The notes beneath the pieces are model-generated. The model was not told the origin of the DNA. It ran no database searches and saw only the letters and a list, made by a program, of their open reading frames with translations. Of a stretch of DNA of 64,000 bases, positions 59,801-64,000 are shown in pieces. Position numbers and translations under genes: made by a program. Source of the stretch: an uncultured Bacteroidales bacterium (GTDB lineage Bacteria; Bacteroidota; Bacteroidia; Bacteroidales; P3); the NCBI GenBank assembly GCA_944320415.1, contig CALUHJ010000016.1:13728-77727 (forward strand), in the 5' to 3' direction. The first letter of the stretch is position 1, and every line of letters starts with the position of its first letter.

Positions 59801-60850
59801 ATGAAATTCAATGCAATAGTAGGTAATCCGCCGTATCAGGTTATGGATGGTGGTGATTGTACATCTTCTACAGCTGTATATCAATTATTTATAGAACAAT
59901 CTTGTGCTATTAATCCCGACTACATATCTATGATAACCCCATCACGATGGTTAACTAAACAAGGTCGCGGCCTATCTGAAGAATGGGCATCTAAAATGCT
60001 TTTATGTAATCATTTTAAATTTCTTAAGGACTATCTTCAGGCATCTGATTGTTTCCCTGGCGTAGAGATTAAAGGAGGTATTTGTTATTTTCTATATGAA
60101 GGAAACTATAATGGAGAATGTGTATATGCTATAAGCCAAAATGGTAAAGTTAGTACAATATCTACCTTTTTGGGGAAATGGGGAATGGCTATTAGAGATA
60201 TATGTGCTGATAAAATATTGAAAAAAATATCTGATATAGAAGGTATTACTTATTATGATGCTACATCTTTTTCTATATTAGTGAATGCACGACACCATTT
60301 TGATCAAGGGGCTCAATTAAGTACAAGTTGGAGGGGATTTCATGTAACAAAAACAAATGAGTATAACATTAAATGTTATCTTAATAAACAACTTCTTTCA
60401 GAGGGATTTGGTTGGGTTAAACTCTCAGATATTCCCAAAAATCTCCAATCAATAAATTACCATAAGATATATATATCAAAAGCTTATGGCGCAGGAGAAA
60501 ATTTCCCTCATCAAATTATTGGTGTACCTTTTTATGGAGAACCTAATAGCGTTTGTACAGATACATACATAGTTATCATGCCCAAAGGTGGGTTTTCTTC
60601 CAAAGCTGAAACAATGAATGTTATTACTTATATGAGGACTAAATTCTTTAGATATTTAGTCCTCATATTAAAGAAAACTCAAGATGCGCCTCGTGATGTG
60701 TATAAATTCGTTCCTCTACAAGATTTTACTTCTAATAGTGATATTGACTGGAGTAAGTCGGTTGTAGAAATAGACCGTCAATTATATGCGAAGTATAATC
60801 TTACCGACGAAGAAATTGCTTTTGTTGAATCAATGATAAAGGCAATGTGA
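56864..60850 (+). CDS. GIY-YIG/T5orf172-like nuclease + SF2 DEAH helicase + gamma-class N6-adenine methyltransferase/TRD fusion (Type ISP-like)
   Basis: 1328 aa. ATG 56864 overlaps the upstream stop. N-terminal motifs: LIYVFRINDEAHYGCLKVGETT, RQRINQY, NEWF. Helicase motifs: FGKT (57401-57409), DEAH (57719-57730), LSGTP, QTIFRVQT. MTase: ILEINSKSGLYPLY (59468-59509), NPPY (59825-59836), ITPSRWL. C-terminus: LYAKYNLTDEEIAFVESMIKAM. Confidence 0.85.
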   Translation: MRFKSSLKLKLIYVFRINDEAHYGCLKVGETTCDDDNVSELTPNSNALNEAARQRINQYTQTAGIAYDLLYTELALYDHGGESCSFNDKDVHNVLKRSGVEKKIFDTVNKANEWFITDLETVKRAIAAVKKGRQSLNTSEVTREYSPIVFRPEQQEAINKTKKQFRKGNQMLWNAKMRFGKTLSALQVVKDMEFQRTLILTHRPVVDAGWFEDFGKIFYDRKDFVYGSGNKKGESYNNLEQQAKSKGLHYIYFASIQDLRGSEQVGGNFDKNHEVFATDWDLIIVDEAHEGTQTELGKAVMGELVKNKTKVLRLSGTPFNLLDDFKEDEIYTWDYVMEQRAKMTWDELHFGDPNPYASLPTLNIYTYDLGRLLHEFTDEDVAFNFREFFRVNESGCFCHEKDVLAFLNLLTKEDENSLYPYANEEYRNIFRHTLWKVPGVKEARALSAMLQTHPVFQHFKVVNVAGDGDEESRDALKAVEEAIGENPDATRTITLSCVRLTTGVSVKAWTAVFMLSGSYNTAASGYMQTIFRVQTPAIINGRMKEQCYVFDFAPDRTLKVIAETAKISAKAGKTSQSDREAMGEFINFCPIISIEGSKMNPFDVSRMLEQLKKVYVERVVRNGFEDNSLYNDELMKMDDLDLKAFDDLKKIIGQTKAMPKTNQVDINSQGLNNEEYEEKEKLEKKPRKELTEEERKRLEELKSKTKNREAAISILRGISIRMPLLIYGAEVSDENQEITIDNFASLIDSQSWEEFMPKGVTKQKFDKFKKYYDPEIFCAAGKRIRAMARAADKLSIEERIERITNIFSTFRNPDKETVLTPWRVVNMHLGDCLGGYNFYDAEYRNTIPEPRFIDKGEVTAEVFSPDARILEINSKSGLYPLYMAYGIYRARVKASLFAVETVEEQQAVWDKVIAENIFVICKTPMAKSITKRTLAGFREAKVNTRYFEDLINRIKNKPENFIAKVVKGRSYWKAIDNDNMKFNAIVGNPPYQVMDGGDCTSSTAVYQLFIEQSCAINPDYISMITPSRWLTKQGRGLSEEWASKMLLCNHFKFLKDYLQASDCFPGVEIKGGICYFLYEGNYNGECVYAISQNGKVSTISTFLGKWGMAIRDICADKILKKISDIEGITYYDATSFSILVNARHHFDQGAQLSTSWRGFHVTKTNEYNIKCYLNKQLLSEGFGWVKLSDIPKNLQSINYHKIYISKAYGAGENFPHQIIGVPFYGEPNSVCTDTYIVIMPKGGFSSKAETMNVITYMRTKFFRYLVLILKKTQDAPRDVYKFVPLQDFTSNSDIDWSKSVVEIDRQLYAKYNLTDEEIAFVESMIKAM

Positions 60851-61720
60851 AAGGTAGTATTTATAGGATATAGTATACAATTTATGGAAACAACTGTTGT
60901 TGGCGATTTCTTTCATTGGGGAGAATGTACCTATAATAATGAAAGGATTTTTCCCGATACTATGATATCTTATAGTTGTGCCTAAAAAGAAATACAAATC
61001 CCTTGCCTTAACGAATTCATCAAAGTATTTCTCTTTGACTTTTTTGCATGCAATTTCTTCATTTCCTTGACATTTTTTTAAACAATTCCAATACAACATA
61101 CCTACTTCCCAATCTTCTATCATCAATTTCCTTTGAATGCCATCATCTGTCGTAAAGATGTAAGAAAACTCAAAGGGAAGTTTCTTTACAATTTTAAATA
61201 TTTTCCGCGTCTCATTTTCTTCTTCAAAAAGAGATAATTGTGCTTGCCTTGCTAATATTTCATTTAATTTCTTTTTATCCCAATCTCTTTCGGAGCATTC
61301 TTCCCATACAAAGTCTAATACTTCTTTTGGTTTTAAAACAGCCAAAGAAGTTCCTATATTAGAATCCTTAGCTTCAGTAATAAGTTCCTCCATATTGGTA
61401 TAAATGTGCTTTAATGCAATTTTCTTTCGCTCGGCCCAATTATTTTTTGTATCGATAAATCTACCGATAGTCAATTCGCCATCAATATTTGCAGGACGAA
61501 AACTTTCTTTTCGAAAATCTTTTGTGTTTTTTACTATGTCAATAGACACCCAATGCCATTTCTTATATCTTTTTGTGTAATCAAGTTTTCTATATGGAAT
61601 AGGATATATTCTTATCCAAGAACCATCTTCCAAAAAACCGGCTGTACATACCAACTCATCATATTCTTTTGATAGCGTCGGATAAGTTTTTACGGCTATT
61701 AGAATATTTTTTACAGACAT
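60830..61720 (-). CDS. hypothetical protein (296 aa), second gene of the DUF488 operon
   Basis: AT-rich ORF. Its N-terminus is KTYPTLSKEYDELVCTAGFLEDGSWIRIYPIPYR. It starts 3 nt after the DUF488 gene stop. Its 3' end overlaps the convergent 1328-aa gene by 21 nt. Confidence 0.7.
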   Translation of the reverse strand: MSVKNILIAVKTYPTLSKEYDELVCTAGFLEDGSWIRIYPIPYRKLDYTKRYKKWHWVSIDIVKNTKDFRKESFRPANIDGELTIGRFIDTKNNWAERKKIALKHIYTNMEELITEAKDSNIGTSLAVLKPKEVLDFVWEECSERDWDKKKLNEILARQAQLSLFEEENETRKIFKIVKKLPFEFSYIFTTDDGIQRKLMIEDWEVGMLYWNCLKKCQGNEEIACKKVKEKYFDEFVKARDLYFFLGTTIRYHSIGKNPFIIIGTFSPMKEIANNSCFHKLYTISYKYYLSHCLYH

Positions 61721-61723
61721 ATT

Positions 61724-62629
61724 TTACGAAATTGCTTCAAATTCAAAGTTATCAGACAACGATAATAAAGCATTTGCAACACGAGAACGATGACATTGAA
61801 TGGGATTCTTTTCAAAGCATGTTAATGCAATTCTTTCATATTTATCAAGTAAAGAAAGTATCTTCAAAAGAGATTCTTTATTGCTTTTTAAAGTTGTTTT
61901 TTCATACTCGTCAAATAACATATCATAATCTTTTTGTGACTTCAATTCTTGACGTTTTTGTGATTCAATGCCAAGTTCTGGAATATGTATATATGCAATA
62001 TTTAGACCTTTACAGGCTTTTTCCAATTGAGTTTTAGAAAAACCGTACTTCTGACTGTAAGCATTTTTCCGGACATCACAAAGTAGATGAATGTCATTTA
62101 TAATCAGCTTTTTTAAATAAGTTTCTATTGTTAGACCCTCATATCCTATCGTAAACAATTTACTCCCTTCTATATGGCATTTTTGTCTGTTTACAATTTC
62201 CATTTCCTTTTCTGATAAAATTTCTGTTGCTATACGACTATTTATGGCGTAAAATGGAAATTTTATATAAGTATATTTTATCAAATCAGCTTGAGGCATC
62301 TTTTCATATTTGGATTTAAGTTCAAGGATTGCCTGTTGGTCGAATAAATTCAGTGATGCCAAATAATTGTAATTATATGATTTCACCGACTCAATAAATC
62401 GACCGTTATCTGTTTCTTTTATTGTTAGCAAGCCTTTGTTTCTCAATACAATAATATCCTGATTTGCATGAAAAGAAAAGCACCCATAATAGTAAGGGAC
62501 AAAGTCATAAGCTTTTGTTTCTTGCCCTCTTGAAAAGATAAAAAGCAACTTTTGTAGTTGTTTGGCTGTCAATTTACCACCAAACACTTCCAATATGGCT
62601 AATAATATCTTCCTTCTATAATATAGCAT
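61724..62629 (-). CDS. DUF488 domain protein with an uncharacterised N-terminal (wHTH/SocA-like?) domain
   Basis: 301 aa. The C-terminal half matches the DUF488 pattern (FTIGYEG, LLCDVRKNAYSQKYGFSK, IAYIHIPELG). The N-terminal ~140 aa contains LQKLLFIFSRGQETKAYDFVPYYYGCFS. A gene-strand TAatTTTG box lies at 62653-62660. Confidence 0.75.
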   Translation of the reverse strand: MLYYRRKILLAILEVFGGKLTAKQLQKLLFIFSRGQETKAYDFVPYYYGCFSFHANQDIIVLRNKGLLTIKETDNGRFIESVKSYNYNYLASLNLFDQQAILELKSKYEKMPQADLIKYTYIKFPFYAINSRIATEILSEKEMEIVNRQKCHIEGSKLFTIGYEGLTIETYLKKLIINDIHLLCDVRKNAYSQKYGFSKTQLEKACKGLNIAYIHIPELGIESQKRQELKSQKDYDMLFDEYEKTTLKSNKESLLKILSLLDKYERIALTCFEKNPIQCHRSRVANALLSLSDNFEFEAIS

Positions 62630-62652
62630 AATTAATTTAATGTATCGCTTTG

Positions 62653-62660
62653 CAAAATTA
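62653..62660 (-). promoter_or_regulatory. -7 box TAatTTTG (DUF488 operon)
   Basis: Consensus match 24 nt upstream of ATG 62629. Confidence 0.5.
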
Positions 62661-62890
62661 CGAGTTTTATTTCGATTGAGTACAAATTTGATTCGGAATA
62701 TATTTTTGGAGTATTATACTAAAGCTTATTCATTACCTTTACCATAGGATTCCTCTATGCAACTTTATGCAAAATACAGTAAGAATATGTTGTAGCAATA
62801 GCGGAAGATTACTTCTTTGGCTTAAAGATACATCAAATATATTCAGGCTCTTATCATAGCCTTGTTTTTCCCTTCGGAACGAATCCTTAA

Positions 62891-62940
62891 TCCGCAAAAA
62901 TCTTTTCTGAATACGTTTTTTCAGAATCAGAAAAGAGCGT
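62891..62940. repeat. copy of the TTCTGATTCTG-AAAAACG-ATTCAGAAAA element (inverted)
   Basis: The reverse complement CTTTTCTGATTCTGAAAAAACGTATTCAGAAAAG matches 31931-31964 with 2 mismatches and 1 indel. It forms a 9-bp hairpin, CTTTTCTGA/TCAGAAAAG. Confidence 0.7.
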
Positions 62941-63035
62941 ACACCTTTCATGAAAAGAAACAAGATGAGAGCAGGTCTTGTATGCCTTGCTTTCCTTAAA
63001 GAAATATCGGCAATGGTCTTTTTGATATCCTTTCC

Positions 63036-63992
63036 TTACTTTCGGCCGATGAGTCCCAGCCACGCCATGGTGTCGGTATTGTCGGCAAAGTCGTCTATGG
63101 CGGGGCGTTGCGCCTGTCCGAACGGGAAGCGGTTGCGACCGCCTGTGTCGCTGCATACTATGCACTGTATGTTTTCGGAATTGTCCTTCAGGTATTCGTT
63201 TACCTTTTCCTTGTCGTCGTAACGCTCATAGTGAAGGACGGATACGCCGGAGTGCAGCTCACTGCTTTCGGTGAGCAGAAGGCAGCCGAGGTCGGTGAAC
63301 GCAACGTTGTTCATGAGCATCAACGCCTTGTGATAGTCGTAGTTGTTGCGGTATTTGTTGTTGTCCATAAGGTACATGTATGCCTTCAGTTCCATGCCCA
63401 GCGGGCCGAAGTCATAGCCTTCGGGCACGAATATCTTGGATATGCTTCTGCATCCGAGTCCCATGTACAGCATGATGTCCTGACAGAGCCCTTGCAGTTC
63501 CTCCCGCGTTTCCTTTCCGCTTATCACTCCAACCGAGGCCATGGAGCGGCGTATTATGCGGGGATAGGAACGGAAGTAATGGTGGAAGTGTTGTGCCGAG
63601 CTGTTGCTGCCGGTGGCTATTATGGCGTCGAACTCCGGCAGGCGTTCCTCGCAGAATGTTATCCTTTCGCCCAGAGGTCCGTCGAACAGTACGGGCATGA
63701 GGCTCTTGTCCTTGGATGAGGGCTTTACTATGGCCATGTGTCCCGAAAGCAAAACGCACATAAGGTCGTGAAAGCCCACAAGAGGTATGTTGCCGGCCAT
63801 GATTATGGCAACCCTTCCGGCCTTTTGCGCAAAGGGATACCTGCCTGCGAACGTGCGTAGCGTGTCACGGTCGAGCCACAATGCAATGTTTTCCATCGCC
63901 TTCATCACGAATTCTTCGGTGAACCACGGGTTTTCCATGCAGGCCCTGCCTGTGGCCCTCTTCAGTGCGTCGTCCTTCTCTTTGGCTTTCAT
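63036..63992 (-). CDS. LuxC-like acyl-CoA reductase family protein (tentative)
   Basis: 318 aa. The sequence (VAIIMAGNIPLVGFHDLMCVLLSGH) resembles LuxC-type acyl-CoA reductases of Bacteroidetes. Confidence 0.65.
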   Translation of the reverse strand: MKAKEKDDALKRATGRACMENPWFTEEFVMKAMENIALWLDRDTLRTFAGRYPFAQKAGRVAIIMAGNIPLVGFHDLMCVLLSGHMAIVKPSSKDKSLMPVLFDGPLGERITFCEERLPEFDAIIATGSNSSAQHFHHYFRSYPRIIRRSMASVGVISGKETREELQGLCQDIMLYMGLGCRSISKIFVPEGYDFGPLGMELKAYMYLMDNNKYRNNYDYHKALMLMNNVAFTDLGCLLLTESSELHSGVSVLHYERYDDKEKVNEYLKDNSENIQCIVCSDTGGRNRFPFGQAQRPAIDDFADNTDTMAWLGLIGRK

Positions 63993-64000
63993 CCTTTGGC

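Noticed and set aside
62739-62963. 74-aa minus-strand ORF in the islet tail, considered as a possible integrase or toxin remnant
   Set aside because: It has no recombinase or other motif. It overlaps the satellite copy. It is probably non-coding.
1-64000. Search by eye for integrases, transposases, rRNA genes, further tRNAs and cas genes
   Set aside because: None was found. The only T-loop-like GTTCGAATC context is in the tRNA-Gln at 32094-32164.

Overview
This 64-kb chromosomal segment looks like a Bacteroidales (Prevotella-like) genome. Genes are preceded by Bacteroidetes-type TAnnTTTG -7 boxes rather than Shine-Dalgarno sites. The gene content fits too: DUF2723, a GDE/GT4/GH57 glycogen cluster, a TolC-HlyD-ABC-2 pump and an ECF sigma module. 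I call 57 protein genes, one tRNA-Gln(UUG), several hairpin terminators and promoter boxes, and three small repeat families. Most of the window is housekeeping: ribF, anmK, murF, rlmH, gpmA, lgt, dapF, rplS, thrS-infC-rpmI-rplT, ispH, recF, tpiA, prmA, plsY and dcp. Two accessory patches stand out. (1) At 55.7-63.0 kb there is a defence-like islet without mobility genes. It holds a translationally coupled operon: a 345-356 aa MTase-like protein plus a 1328-aa GIY-YIG/T5orf172-like + SF2 DEAH helicase + NPPY N6-adenine-MTase fusion. Facing it, with overlapping 3' ends, is a two-gene operon: an N-terminal unknown domain fused to DUF488, plus a 296-aa unknown protein. A sharp drop in G+C begins inside the big gene just before NPPY and runs through the convergent operon. 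(2) At 38.9-40.9 kb, two tandem cassettes share conserved promoter and 3' blocks but carry unrelated, very AT-rich small ORFs. The 3' block contains a MITE-like element built from 22-nt hairpin units, and a third, inverted copy lies at 46.36-46.50 kb. A second A-rich ~21-nt satellite occurs in-frame inside the glycogen-synthase-like gene and in two intergenic regions. All functional calls come from motifs recognised by eye. No database search was run.
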